Shown here piece by piece: positions 30,351-40,510 of a stretch of 64,000 nucleotides of DNA. The stretch is from an uncultured Gammaproteobacteria bacterium (GTDB lineage Bacteria; Pseudomonadota; Gammaproteobacteria; UBA9214). The DNA is taken from positions 416,001 through 480,000 of the forward strand of contig CAVVHS010000006.1 in NCBI GenBank assembly GCA_963748215.1, given 5' to 3'. How positions within the stretch are numbered: position 1 is the stretch's first letter; each line of letters starts with the position of its first letter. Below the pieces are notes generated by a model. It had not been told where the DNA came from. It was given only the letters and a program-made list of their open reading frames with translations, and ran no database searches. A program made the translations under genes and the position numbers.

Positions 30351-31298
30351 CTACGCCGGCAGGAAATCGATGGGATAGGTGATCGTGACTTCCGATACGT
30401 CCTTGGAACCAAAGTCGAACAGCTTGACACGACTGGCGATCTTGCCACCCAGGGCGGCGTCACCCAGCTCGTTGGACACGAGGTCGCAGCGAGTGACCTT
30501 GCCGGACGGCGCGATGGTCAGGCGCAGAACGATTTTACCCTTCAGGCTGGGGTCTGCCCGCAGCGCCCGGTTGTAGACACTGTAGATCGAGCCCTTGTTA
30601 CGGTCGAAGATCATCTGGATCTCCTCGATGCTGCGACCGGCGGACTTGCTGCCCTTGCCCTTGCCGCCAACCGTGCCCGCGGGTGCGTTGCCGGTCGGGC
30701 TGTGTACCCTGGTTGTGCTGCGTCCGGACAGTTCTCCGCCGCCGGTATTGCGACTCAGGTTTGCGGTCTGGATGCCGCCGCTGCCGCGCGCGGTCCCGGC
30801 TGTGAGGATGGCCCGTTCGGTCTTTTCTGCTGAACCCACGGCCTGCGACAGGTTGCTGGTTTTCTTGAAGCTGCTGGATACCGTGTTCTGGCGCAGATCA
30901 GAGAGCGTATCACGCAAAGCCAGTAACCCCGACTGCTCCGCTTGCTGGCGGGCTGTCACCTTGGGTTTTTCGGGTACCGGCTTCTTTACCGCGACCGGCT
31001 TCTTCTTCACCGGCTTGGGGGATTCCGTCTTCTGCGGCAACGGCTCCGGCTGTTTTTTTACCGGTGCCGGTGGCGGTGGAGGTGGCGGCTTGATTTCCTC
31101 TTTCTCGAAAATCAGCTGTGCCAGGCGTGGCGTTTCCTCGATGGCCGCCCTTTCGATCTGCGGCATGGGGAGGAACGGTATGACAAGGCCCAGCACCAGT
31201 GCCACCAGCAGGTTGGTGCGTACGATACGGCTGAAACGGGTGTCATCGGGGCTTGTGGAACCCCAGGACATGCCATAGTTCAATACAATCGCAGACAT
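30351..31298 (-). CDS. TonB/TolA-like energy transducer with AgmX/PglI(GltG)-type C-terminal domain
   Basis: Single TM, Pro/Lys-rich linker, C-terminal YNRALRADPSLKGKIVLRLTIAPSGKV...TITYPIDFLP. Confidence 0.82.
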   Translation of the reverse strand: MSAIVLNYGMSWGSTSPDDTRFSRIVRTNLLVALVLGLVIPFLPMPQIERAAIEETPRLAQLIFEKEEIKPPPPPPPAPVKKQPEPLPQKTESPKPVKKKPVAVKKPVPEKPKVTARQQAEQSGLLALRDTLSDLRQNTVSSSFKKTSNLSQAVGSAEKTERAILTAGTARGSGGIQTANLSRNTGGGELSGRSTTRVHSPTGNAPAGTVGGKGKGSKSAGRSIEEIQMIFDRNKGSIYSVYNRALRADPSLKGKIVLRLTIAPSGKVTRCDLVSNELGDAALGGKIASRVKLFDFGSKDVSEVTITYPIDFLPA

Positions 31299-31300
31299 GC

Positions 31301-31801
31301 TCAGCTCTCCAGCGGCTTCTGCAGTACAGCAAGTGAAATACGGTTGAAACCGGCCTTGGTGCAGGAAGCCATGACCTTCTTCAGCAGGCGAAACGGGATT
31401 TCCCTGTCGCCCATGATGGTCGCCTCGATACGCTCACCCGTATCGCGGCCAGTGCCCAGCCTGTCGCCGGTCTGTGCGAGGAGCGCTGCCTGCAGTACCT
31501 TCGAATAATTGCCCTGCTCTTTCATGATATTGGCTACGGAGGCTATCACCTGGCCGTGCAGCAGGACGTTGTCCTCATTGACCATGATGGTGACGGTCAC
31601 GCGCGGCTGTTGTTCTGAAACGGATTCCGGTAACTCTACCGATTTGTGTGTCGGCAGGATTTCGCCATCCGAGGCGTTCACCAGCAGGAAGAAGACCAGG
31701 ATGGTGAAAATATCCATCAGCGATACGAGGTTCAGGGCCATGCCGCGCCTGTGGCGCACGTGCTGGCGGTCCATGCGCTTGGCACGTCTCGACATCTTCA
31801 T
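31301..31801 (-). CDS. ExbD/TolR family protein (Asp-containing)
   Basis: LNLVSLMDIFTILVFFLL TM, VELPES, IMGDREIPF..VMASC..AGF. Confidence 0.9.
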   Translation of the reverse strand: MKMSRRAKRMDRQHVRHRRGMALNLVSLMDIFTILVFFLLVNASDGEILPTHKSVELPESVSEQQPRVTVTIMVNEDNVLLHGQVIASVANIMKEQGNYSKVLQAALLAQTGDRLGTGRDTGERIEATIMGDREIPFRLLKKVMASCTKAGFNRISLAVLQKPLES

Positions 31802-32316
31802 TTGTTTGCCACCTTCATGCGGGTATCCGGTGCATCACCGATGGATATTTCCGGGAACAGCTCGGCGCTTACGACGCTGCCGGCCTGTACCACGTGTGCA
31901 GTTCGCACATTATCCATCACCTGAACCATGGTTTCGTAATCGGTATCAGGCTCCAGCAGCAGCGTGGCGTCCAGCTTTTCGGGGAAGCGTGCCTTGACCT
32001 GCTGCAGCAATTTCGAGAGCTGTTCGTAATCCTGGTTGTCGCCTTGCAGTGGCAGGCGCTTGATGAGCCCGCCGTCACGATCTCCTACTTCAATGCCATC
32101 CGCGCGCACCACTATTTCCAGATGAAATTCCCGGGGCTCGTCCTGGTTCGACGCGCTGGCAGCCGCCGGCAGGTTGAGTTCCAGGATTGTGATGCGCGAA
32201 AACACTGCGGTCATCAGCAGGAATGGTACCAGGATCACCATGAGGTTCATGAATGCGGTGATATTGATATCACCCGGATCCTCTGAACGACGGCGGCGAT
32301 TGAAGCGGTTCCTCAT
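31798..32316 (-). CDS. ExbD/TolR family protein (Asn at the conserved Asp position)
   Basis: INITAFMNLMVILVPFLL TM, LNLP, YETMVQVMDNVR. Confidence 0.88.
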   Translation of the reverse strand: MRNRFNRRRRSEDPGDINITAFMNLMVILVPFLLMTAVFSRITILELNLPAAASASNQDEPREFHLEIVVRADGIEVGDRDGGLIKRLPLQGDNQDYEQLSKLLQQVKARFPEKLDATLLLEPDTDYETMVQVMDNVRTAHVVQAGSVVSAELFPEISIGDAPDTRMKVANK

Positions 32317-32963
32317 CAGGCCTTACCTTCCAGCGGCTTCTCGGTAATGCTGTTGATGAACTTTACCGAGGCCATTTCCAGGCTGTCGATCAGCTGCGTG
32401 GTCTTGGTCTGCAGCACGGCGTAGATCAGCAGAAGCGGGATGGCAACCATCAGGCCGAATGCCGTGGTGTTCATTGCGACCGAGATGCTGGCGGACAACA
32501 TGTCTGCTTTTTCGGACGGGTTGGCCGAGGCCACCGCGGTGAATGCCTGGATCAGGCCGATAATGGTGCCGAGCAGACCAAGCAGTGTGGCGATGTTGGC
32601 GAAGGTCGCGAGGTAAGGAGTGCGTTTTTCGAAGTTCGGCACGGTCTCCATCAAGCCCTCTTCCATCGCAATCTCGACATCGTCGCGTCGACGCGAAGAC
32701 CGGGCGCGGCTCAATCCGTAGCTGAGGATGTGACTGATGGCCGAGCGGGACTTTTCAGTCAGCATGGCCACCTGCAGGTAATCGCCCTTGGCAAGATGCG
32801 GGGCCAGCTTTTTCCACAATCGGTGGTTGCTGCTGCTTGCCGCGCTGAGGTAAATGTAGCGTTCAACGGCAATAGCCAGGCCCAGCGCCAGCACCAGCAC
32901 AATCGGGTACATAAAAAAACCTCCCGACTGAAAGAAACCGACAAATGTAGTATAGAAATCCAT
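32316..32963 (-). CDS. MotA/TolQ/ExbB proton channel subunit
   Basis: GGFFMYPI, ATLLGLLGTIIGLI, ISVAMNTTAFGLMVAIP. Confidence 0.93.
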   Translation of the reverse strand: MDFYTTFVGFFQSGGFFMYPIVLVLALGLAIAVERYIYLSAASSSNHRLWKKLAPHLAKGDYLQVAMLTEKSRSAISHILSYGLSRARSSRRRDDVEIAMEEGLMETVPNFEKRTPYLATFANIATLLGLLGTIIGLIQAFTAVASANPSEKADMLSASISVAMNTTAFGLMVAIPLLLIYAVLQTKTTQLIDSLEMASVKFINSITEKPLEGKA

Positions 32964-33074
32964 GGTTATGCTCCTGTAGCTTCCCCGGTAATTAGTGAGT
33001 CAATACACTGCGGTGCAGGCTTTTCTGCCCATCGGCATGCTGCGCAAAAAGTTCAATTACCTTACATTTACTGA

Positions 33075-33359
33075 TCATTTGGAACTGTGAACTGCTTCGT
33101 AGTAATCAAGTTCCCTGAGAAACACGTCACGGTCGATGGGTGCAAGAATCTCGTCGACGAGGCTGTTCATCGGGCGTGCCGCCAGATCACCTGCCTCTGC
33201 TGATTTCCAGGGTACGATGTGCAAGGCCTTGGGTAGTTCCTGGTTGCCGGTGATGGTGGTGCCCTCCAGATCCAGCCTGTCGGCGGCATATGCACAGGTT
33301 CCCGCGAGGAAATGCCCTAGCAGGATGCCAATAACAGTCAAACTGGCAGTGTGTTTCAT
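33075..33359 (-). CDS. Small secreted protein, possibly GltF/CglF-like
   Basis: Signal peptide, LDLEGTTITGNQELPKALHIVPW; position between TPR and TolQ genes. Confidence 0.6.
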   Translation of the reverse strand: MKHTASLTVIGILLGHFLAGTCAYAADRLDLEGTTITGNQELPKALHIVPWKSAEAGDLAARPMNSLVDEILAPIDRDVFLRELDYYEAVHSSK

Positions 33360-33982
33360 CGTTTTTCTCCGGTAGCGACATTGACCTGGCTGGTTTGCTC
33401 GCGTAGTGCATCAATCCATGCAAGCAGCTGTTTGTCATCCGACTGAGTCAGTTGCTGATATCGCTCGTAGTGGAGCAACGCCTGCGCCGGGTTTGGCAGG
33501 TAACGGTCGTAGAGAACGCCGAGGTTCCAGTGGATATCCTCATTGTTCGGGTTTATTTTCAGTCCCTCGTTGTATACAGCAGCGGCTGCCTCCAGTCGCC
33601 CGCTACGACGGTAAATGATACCCAGCTCGTTATAGGCAACAACCTGGCTGGCATTGGCCTCGATGGCTTTATCGAATGCAAGCTCTGCACCTGCGGTATC
33701 GCCAATCTTGGAGCGTGCAATACCGAGATTCGTCCACGGACCTGAAAGGCGTGGATCATTTGCAGTGATTGCATCGAGTTTTTCCATGGCGGTATACCAG
33801 TCACCGGCTTTCATAAGCTGCAAGGCGGCCTGAAATTCGCCTTCGACATCTGTGATCGTTTTGGTTGTGGTAACCGGCGTATCAAATCCGGTCGACAAGG
33901 CCTGTTCACGCGGTGTGGTGGCACATCCGCCCAGCGCGATGAGAAGCATGAAAACTGTTACATTAACGTAGCGATGCGACAT
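33356..33982 (-). CDS. TPR-repeat lipoprotein (GltE-like)
   Basis: Lipobox LGGC, TPRs WTNLG, YNELG, HWNLGVLYDRYL..P.QAL.HYERYQ; start ATG 33982. Confidence 0.82.
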   Translation of the reverse strand: MSHRYVNVTVFMLLIALGGCATTPREQALSTGFDTPVTTTKTITDVEGEFQAALQLMKAGDWYTAMEKLDAITANDPRLSGPWTNLGIARSKIGDTAGAELAFDKAIEANASQVVAYNELGIIYRRSGRLEAAAAVYNEGLKINPNNEDIHWNLGVLYDRYLPNPAQALLHYERYQQLTQSDDKQLLAWIDALREQTSQVNVATGEKR

Positions 33983-36761
33983 AGTCTGTGCTCCTTTCCT
34001 GCTTCGCGTACTTGCCCGGGACCAGCCGAGCCAGCTCATGCAGGCTCTTCTCGATCCATGCGTCAAACATGCCGGACTCGGTACGGGCTGCATTGGTTTC
34101 ATGCAATGCAATGGCCTGCTCTTCGAACGGATACGCCTGATCTTCCAGCAGGATACTGTATTCTTCCAGTGCCTCGGCATTCAGGTTCTTCGGACGCTCG
34201 GATTCCATCAGTGATCTGCCAAGATGCATGTACAGTTGTGCGGTATGGTAGGCGGCTGCCGTGGTAACTATGGCCACGTCATAGGCGGCGGCCTGTTCAT
34301 ACTGTGACAGGGTTGCTTCCAGCAGGCGTTTCTTGCTGGCCAGCGTCTTGTTCAGCGGAAGCTTCAGGGCAACAGCCTGGTACTTGGCGTTCTGTGCATC
34401 GGCCAGTGTCAGGCGTGCGTGTGCGGCGAGATAGCGTGTGCGATCGGTGCGGTTGTTGCCGGCCTGCGCATCGGCCGTGATAATTGCCTGCAGCCACTCG
34501 TGCCATTGCCGCGTATCACCGAGCGACTTGTATTGATCTGCAACGCGTTGCCGTGCCTCGATGGCGGTCGCTACCGGTTGCGGGAATTGCTTGATATAGT
34601 AGATATAAATTGCTGTCGACTGATCGCTGCGCCCGGCCCTGGCATACAGCTCGGCGGCCTGCCACAGGGCGTCACTGCGCAGCTGTGCATCAGCGTCACT
34701 GCGTCCGATACGTTCGAATTCCTGCGCGGCCTGAAGCGGACGTGCGCTGGCAAGATAGGCCGTCGCCAGTCGCCGCGTCACTTCCTCCTGGCGGGGATCA
34801 TCCGGATAAGTGCTGCGGAACTGCTCGAGAGTACTGGCTGCAGCGCCGAAATCATTCAGGTGCATCAGCCCGGCTGCGGCATCATATTCCGCGGTGGCAA
34901 CAATGCTTGCTGTCGGTGCGGCATTACGCACACGCTGGAAATGCCCAACAGCAGCGCGGGTGTCGCCGACCGCTTGCGCAGCTTCACCCTGTTTGTAAAT
35001 AGATGCCGCAAGTCTCTCTGTTAATTGATTAATATCCTTGTTATTTGCGGCCGTTCGCGCGAGTACCTGCTGGTAGGCCTGCTCGGCATGCAGGAAGTCC
35101 TGCAGGTCAAAGTAGGCGTGTGCCTGGACCGTCCAGCTTACCCGTTGCTGATCCCGGGTGGCGCTGGCATCGTCGATGACCAGCTGCGCCACCTGTATGG
35201 CACGCGTGTTTTCGTTGATCGCCAGTAATTGTTCCGCGGACCGGGTCAGCACGGCGAGGGATTGCGGATGTTTAGGGAAGCTGGCAGCGAAGCGAAGCGC
35301 ATTCTCTATGGACTCACGATGCCATACAGCCTGATCAGCTCCGGAGAGTCGCGTTTCTTCCTTGCCATACGCGAGCACCGAGGCATAGCCGGCCTCGGCA
35401 GCCTTGTCATGATCACCGTAATCATAGGCGGTGCGCACGAATTCCATGCTGGCTTCCCGGTAGTTGCCCGATTCGTCGAGTAATTCAGCCAGCAAAAAGT
35501 TCATCCCTGCTGCTTCGGGATCCTTGGCAAACGAACCGAGCCAGGTGCGATACCAGTGCGTGGCTTCGGCGTAATCTTCCTGCTTGCGGGATTTTTGTGC
35601 CTGGGCATGATAGTGTCGCGACAGATCGGTCATCGTGACCTTAAGGAAGCCCAGCACCTGGCCTGCTTCGGCCATATCGTGATGCTGCCAGTATTCGCCC
35701 TGCAGATTGTAGCGATCGACGAAATCCTTCTTGCCCTGTAATACCAGTGAGGGGAATTTTCCGGCCTGGTAGGCGTCGATTACACGCATTTGGAAGGCAG
35801 GCGCCTGGCGGTGAATCAGGTTGTTCGAGACGAATGCCCCGAATGTCTCGGCGGCATCGGTGTATCGTTCCTTGTCCAGATACAGCTTGCCCAGGTGGTC
35901 ATACACGACATCTTCGTAGTGACGTGTGCCATGCTCTGCATAGTATGCCGCTACTGAGCGGGCGCCCTCTTCATAGGAGAAGCTCAGGCTCATTACACGC
36001 AAGGTGTCCTCCACCATTTCCCTCTCCGCGCGTTCAAGCCCGGCCAGCCTGTCATTGTCATCCAGATTGTTTGCGAGTTTGCGGTCAAGCAGGTCGGTAA
36101 AGGCGTCGAGTCCTTCGGTAAACAACCCCTGCTTGAAATAACACCAACCCAGCTTGTAGATTGACTGCTGAAAGAACGGATTGTCATCACCACTGTCAAC
36201 AACTGCCTGATAGGCGAGCTCGGATCCGCGGTAATCCTTCTTGATAAAAAGTATTTCTCCCATCCGGAATTGCGACTCGAGTCGATGGTTGCTATCCGGG
36301 TATTGCCTTACAAGCTGATTCAGTTTAACCAGCGATTTATCCGGTTCCCCGCCCATTTCATAGGCGCGTGCCAGTTGATAGAGTACGGAATCATTGTCCG
36401 GGCGATCCGGGTAGTTTTCCAGTACCTGCTGGTAGAGAAGAATCGAGTCTTGTACCTGTTGCGGGTATTGAACCACCAGTTCAGGTTCTGTCGTTTCTGC
36501 TTCCGGTAGAACGTCAGACTCGAGGTTGATATCCGCCAGGCGGCGCATGGCTTGTGGGCGGGCCTCTGACCGGTCACTGGTTTCCAGGAAACGTCGATAC
36601 GCATTCATCGCCTGCTGTTCAGTCGATTCAATCGGCACATCATCCAGCCTGACCGGGCGACTGCCAAGATCAGCGATTGTAGGCGCGTCGTCACCACGAA
36701 ATATCGAGCAACCAGTGCTAACGTATGCAAAGGTCAGCAGTATCGGCAGACAGCGTTTCAT
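33963..36761 (-). CDS. Large TPR-repeat lipoprotein (GltD/AgmU-like)
   Basis: Lipobox STGC, many TPRs, C-terminal EEYSILLEDQAYPFEEQAIALHETN. Confidence 0.82.
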   Translation of the reverse strand: MKRCLPILLTFAYVSTGCSIFRGDDAPTIADLGSRPVRLDDVPIESTEQQAMNAYRRFLETSDRSEARPQAMRRLADINLESDVLPEAETTEPELVVQYPQQVQDSILLYQQVLENYPDRPDNDSVLYQLARAYEMGGEPDKSLVKLNQLVRQYPDSNHRLESQFRMGEILFIKKDYRGSELAYQAVVDSGDDNPFFQQSIYKLGWCYFKQGLFTEGLDAFTDLLDRKLANNLDDNDRLAGLERAEREMVEDTLRVMSLSFSYEEGARSVAAYYAEHGTRHYEDVVYDHLGKLYLDKERYTDAAETFGAFVSNNLIHRQAPAFQMRVIDAYQAGKFPSLVLQGKKDFVDRYNLQGEYWQHHDMAEAGQVLGFLKVTMTDLSRHYHAQAQKSRKQEDYAEATHWYRTWLGSFAKDPEAAGMNFLLAELLDESGNYREASMEFVRTAYDYGDHDKAAEAGYASVLAYGKEETRLSGADQAVWHRESIENALRFAASFPKHPQSLAVLTRSAEQLLAINENTRAIQVAQLVIDDASATRDQQRVSWTVQAHAYFDLQDFLHAEQAYQQVLARTAANNKDINQLTERLAASIYKQGEAAQAVGDTRAAVGHFQRVRNAAPTASIVATAEYDAAAGLMHLNDFGAAASTLEQFRSTYPDDPRQEEVTRRLATAYLASARPLQAAQEFERIGRSDADAQLRSDALWQAAELYARAGRSDQSTAIYIYYIKQFPQPVATAIEARQRVADQYKSLGDTRQWHEWLQAIITADAQAGNNRTDRTRYLAAHARLTLADAQNAKYQAVALKLPLNKTLASKKRLLEATLSQYEQAAAYDVAIVTTAAAYHTAQLYMHLGRSLMESERPKNLNAEALEEYSILLEDQAYPFEEQAIALHETNAARTESGMFDAWIEKSLHELARLVPGKYAKQERSTDYVASLR

Positions 36762-38626
36762 TGCACGACTCCCTTGCCAGGATACAGTGCATTATCGAAG
36801 GTCTGTGCCAGCGAGAATCGTGCCTGCACGATATAGGTATCAATGCGCTTTTTTTGCTGTTCAAGTTCCGCCACGGCCAGCTGCTCGATAAGCTTGCCTT
36901 GAGCGAGATGCAGCGACCCGGTTCGCTTCAGCAAGGCATGAATAAGGCTATTGTTTGTGTCAATGCGTTGTTTGAATGAGTTGAAGCCGGCGGGTGTGGT
37001 GATGCGGGCAGTGTTGAGTGACTCCAGGCCGGCTTCAGACTGCTCCAGCAGGCCGGAGACCTCGCCGAGCTGGCGTTTTGCCTGCCACAGGCGCGGTTTG
37101 TACACACTACTCAGTTGCCAGTAGAGTGCGCCTTTGACCCGAGCCAGGCGCACACGTAGTGCGCCGGTATCAGAATTTACAGGAAGTGTATCCAGCTTCC
37201 TCTTGATATCCTGTATTTTATACCATTGAGCAACTTCCTCGTTGTTGGCCAGACCGATCGGATCCCCTGCGTCCTCGATCTCTGACAGGCGGTGCCTGAG
37301 CTGGTGATGCTGTTGTTCCAGGCGGTCACGGTCATCGGAACGAAGGGCGCGCTCGGCCACAGGGCGGTTGTTTGCGAATCGATTCCGGCGTGCGGTTAGC
37401 ATGTCGTCGTATGCATCAATATTATCGGCCCAGGTCTCCAGATTATTCTGCAGCACCAGCAGGTCGCGGTAGTTCTTGACCGCTTCCTGAAACTCATGTG
37501 CCGCCATCAGAGTGACCTGATAGCGAAGTGCCGGTGACTGGGTATCCAGCGTCAGTTCCTGAAGCCAGCCGGAACCGCTGCGTAAATCCTGTCCCTGCAA
37601 TATTTCGAGTAATTCACCATTCCTGATGGCGGAAATTGAACCATCGAGTTTGTCCTTCTCATCGAACAGGGAACCGATTGCCTCGTTATAATGCTGCACA
37701 GCACGACCATGCAGGTTCATCCTTGTCATGGCGTATGGCATTGCCAGCAAGGCTTCCTGGACAGCAGGATCGGTAACATCACGCTTTCCGAGTTCCGTCC
37801 AGGGTACCAGTGCATGACCGTATTCGTCTGCTTCAGCATTGGCCCAGCCCGCACCAAGCAGTGCCTTGTTGGAAAGTGGCCCTTCCAGACGAACACGATC
37901 AAGTGAATCACGCGACTGTTTTGTAGCCCCTTCCTGCAGATAGCTGTAGCCTAGCGCAAGATTGGCCTTGTCCCGCAACAGTCGGATTTCCTCGTTGCGA
38001 CCGGACATTTCACCCAATGTGTCGAGTTCCTTTGCGCCATGGTCCAGTTGACCGCTGCGAATATAGGCAACGCCAAGGTTATAGGCGAGATAGGGAGACC
38101 ATGCCCTGGCGTCTTTTGATTCCTGCAGTACCTTGATGGCCGCATCATTCTGGCCGAGTTGCAATAACAAAAGGCTATGCAACTGGGCGGCCTCTACGCG
38201 CGTGGCCCGTGTCATGTTGCCATTGACGCGTGATAGAGCCTGAAGGGCATTGGCCGGGTCGCCGCGCTGGAATGATATCTTTGCTAGATAAAACCAGGCA
38301 CGGTTACGCGTTTGTTCGTCGCTATGTTCATCCGTCAGCATACTCTCGAAAATACGGCTGGCCTCATTACGCAACCCGTAAGAGAGATCCAGTCCACCCA
38401 GCAGCAAGTCGGCTTCGTCACCATGATTGGGGAGACGTTCCTGTTGCTGTGCAATTTGCAGACGTACGATGCTGTTGAACCAGTCATCCTGGAAATAATA
38501 AAAGAGTGTTTCTCCGTACTGGAGGTCCTGTGCAGTAGAAGGAAGATTGCGCTCAGTAGCGCATGCTGTCACCGTTTGAAGTGTCAGAACTACCGACAGG
38601 ATGCAGCTGCAGGCAATACGCAGCAT
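36758..38626 (-). CDS. Secreted TPR/coiled-coil protein (GltC-like)
   Basis: Signal peptide, LQYGETLFYYFQ, TPRs, VRLEGPLSNKALLGAGWA, C-terminal QARFSLAQTFD. Confidence 0.78.
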   Translation of the reverse strand: MLRIACSCILSVVLTLQTVTACATERNLPSTAQDLQYGETLFYYFQDDWFNSIVRLQIAQQQERLPNHGDEADLLLGGLDLSYGLRNEASRIFESMLTDEHSDEQTRNRAWFYLAKISFQRGDPANALQALSRVNGNMTRATRVEAAQLHSLLLLQLGQNDAAIKVLQESKDARAWSPYLAYNLGVAYIRSGQLDHGAKELDTLGEMSGRNEEIRLLRDKANLALGYSYLQEGATKQSRDSLDRVRLEGPLSNKALLGAGWANAEADEYGHALVPWTELGKRDVTDPAVQEALLAMPYAMTRMNLHGRAVQHYNEAIGSLFDEKDKLDGSISAIRNGELLEILQGQDLRSGSGWLQELTLDTQSPALRYQVTLMAAHEFQEAVKNYRDLLVLQNNLETWADNIDAYDDMLTARRNRFANNRPVAERALRSDDRDRLEQQHHQLRHRLSEIEDAGDPIGLANNEEVAQWYKIQDIKRKLDTLPVNSDTGALRVRLARVKGALYWQLSSVYKPRLWQAKRQLGEVSGLLEQSEAGLESLNTARITTPAGFNSFKQRIDTNNSLIHALLKRTGSLHLAQGKLIEQLAVAELEQQKKRIDTYIVQARFSLAQTFDNALYPGKGVVQ

Positions 38627-38629
38627 GGT

Positions 38630-39178
38630 TTATTCCCATTCCTTGATACTGAAGTCCGGTTGTTCGCTGCTCGGATTGTCGACGATTTTTACTTCGACAT
38701 ATTTCGCGCCGAGACTCTTGTTGATAACAAGACTGGCACCACGGCGATAGTCACGGCCCTTCGGGCCCATGCCGGTATATACTGCAACGAGTTCGTGTTC
38801 ACCAGCCTTGAGATTTCCCATATACAGGCGCTGGATCCCTCCCCTGTGCAGGGCATCGACCTCACGCTGGGTGTAGAGATAATTGCTTACAACCTTGTCA
38901 TCGACCTTGAGCTGCACCGAGTCAAGCTTGAAAAATTCCCCGACATCAACAGACACGAATACGGCCAGTTGTGTGTTGGCCGGATACAACAGTTCCTCTT
39001 CAAGGATGAACAAGTCACGGTTTAGTGCGATAACATCCTGTTTCAGCGATTGAATATTTTCATCCAGGCCGGCGGCGGCCGGTGATTCTGCCTGCGCAAC
39101 ATTGAGTAACAGCATCATAATAATGCCAACGATGACAAATTTGATTGAACGATCGGGAAATTCTGGATGCAACATCAT
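38630..39178 (-). CDS. Secreted hypothetical protein (coiled coil + beta domain), first gene of the TPR-motor operon
   Basis: RBS GAGG, signal peptide, LKQDVIALNRDLFILEEELLYP, YLYTQREVDALHRGG. Confidence 0.78.
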   Translation of the reverse strand: MMLHPEFPDRSIKFVIVGIIMMLLLNVAQAESPAAAGLDENIQSLKQDVIALNRDLFILEEELLYPANTQLAVFVSVDVGEFFKLDSVQLKVDDKVVSNYLYTQREVDALHRGGIQRLYMGNLKAGEHELVAVYTGMGPKGRDYRRGASLVINKSLGAKYVEVKIVDNPSSEQPDFSIKEWE

Positions 39179-39308
39179 GGACCTCGAAGTATCAGCACTG
39201 AAATATGCTGTCTATCTGCAAATATGTCGGTCCCTGCTGGAAAATATTGACTTAATTTTGTCGTTTAAGTGATTGCAGGAAAGTCTGCGCCAGACGGGGC
39301 ATGGAGAG

Positions 39309-39324
39309 TGTGCGCCGGTTCACA
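39309..39324. promoter_or_regulatory. CRP/FNR-family-like site
   Basis: TGTGC-GCCGGT-TCACA, one mismatch to TGTGA-N6-TCACA, ~130 bp upstream of the TPR-motor operon. Confidence 0.45.
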
Positions 39325-39385
39325 ATTCGGGTCGTGCTAGCCTGTTTATGCTAACGACGGATAGCAGACAGGTACACCCGGCTGT

Positions 39386-40366
39386 CTAGTGCGTGAGTTG
39401 TTCCAGGCCATCCGAATAGTGCATTTTTCCCTGGTTGTCGATAATGACTGCCTCGGTGTCCGGCAAGGTATTTATCAATGACAGCCCCTTGGTGACGCCT
39501 AGTACAAAAACGCTGGTCGACAGCGCATCCGTATGTGTGGCATTGGTGCCGATAATTGTCGTGCTGTGCACCTCGCGGGGAGAGTCCCCCGTGCCGGGGT
39601 TGAGAATGTGGTGATAACGTATGCCATCCTGGTCGAAAAAGCGTTCATAATCGCCGGAAGTTGAAATTGCCGCGTCTTCCAGCGGAATTCTTGTGATTAT
39701 GCCATCGTGTTTGCGCGGGTCGCGGACTCCGATCATCCAGGGATGTTTCCAGCGTCTGCCGATTACCCGGGTATCCCCCCCGGCGGTGACCAGGGCATTA
39801 CTGATACCGGCTGCCTGCAGCATGGCAATGCATCGGTCTACGGCATAGCCCTTGGCAATACCGCCGAGATCGATGCGCACGCCGGGTTGTGTGAATCTGA
39901 CAGATGAATGTGTCTTGTCCAGTATTACGTGACGATAGCTGATTGCCGGCAGCGCCGCAGCAAGCTGCTGGTCGTCAGGTTTCCTGCCGGTTCGATAATC
40001 GTAATATTGTCCGGCACTGGCATAGGTGATATCGAAGGCACCATCGGTTATGTCCGAATACCGAAGAGCCTGCTCGATCAGGGCGAATAGTTCAGTGCTG
40101 ACAATGACGGCTTGTGTAGCAGACTCTGCATTGACGCGTGACAATTCGCTCTCGGCCTTGTAGCTACTCATCAGCTGATCAATACGGCGCATTTCATCCA
40201 TGGCAGCGTCGATCAGTGACCTGCCTTGATGTTCGTCGTCATGCCACAGTTCCACATTCACGGCCGTGCCCATGATGGCGGCTTCGTCGCGAAACCAATC
40301 GGCACATGCCAGGCCTGGTAGCAAGAGCATGGTCAGAACAAACGCATGATATTTCAGCTGCCTCAT
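39386..40366 (-). CDS. apbE: FAD:protein FMN transferase
   Basis: IMGT, SELSRVN, GAFDIT, DLGGIAKGYAVD, STSGDYERF, HHILNP, DALST. Confidence 0.93.
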   Translation of the reverse strand: MRQLKYHAFVLTMLLLPGLACADWFRDEAAIMGTAVNVELWHDDEHQGRSLIDAAMDEMRRIDQLMSSYKAESELSRVNAESATQAVIVSTELFALIEQALRYSDITDGAFDITYASAGQYYDYRTGRKPDDQQLAAALPAISYRHVILDKTHSSVRFTQPGVRIDLGGIAKGYAVDRCIAMLQAAGISNALVTAGGDTRVIGRRWKHPWMIGVRDPRKHDGIITRIPLEDAAISTSGDYERFFDQDGIRYHHILNPGTGDSPREVHSTTIIGTNATHTDALSTSVFVLGVTKGLSLINTLPDTEAVIIDNQGKMHYSDGLEQLTH

Positions 40367-40510
40367 GGCTGACGTTATCGGCACATGGCAGATTAGATTG
40401 ACTGGAGGCAGCCCGGATGAAAAGCCCGTAAGCAGGGGGGATGGCTGCAATGACAACCCCGGATTACGGAATTACTGCCCACATCCGGGCTGCAGGGAAA
40501 GGATGGCCGG

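Noticed and set aside
30351-39178. Ordinary Tol-Pal or TonB iron-uptake operon, or proof of gliding motility
   Set aside because: No tolB/pal/ybgC or receptor gene; no cytoplasmic gliding components recognised either, so motility cannot be claimed
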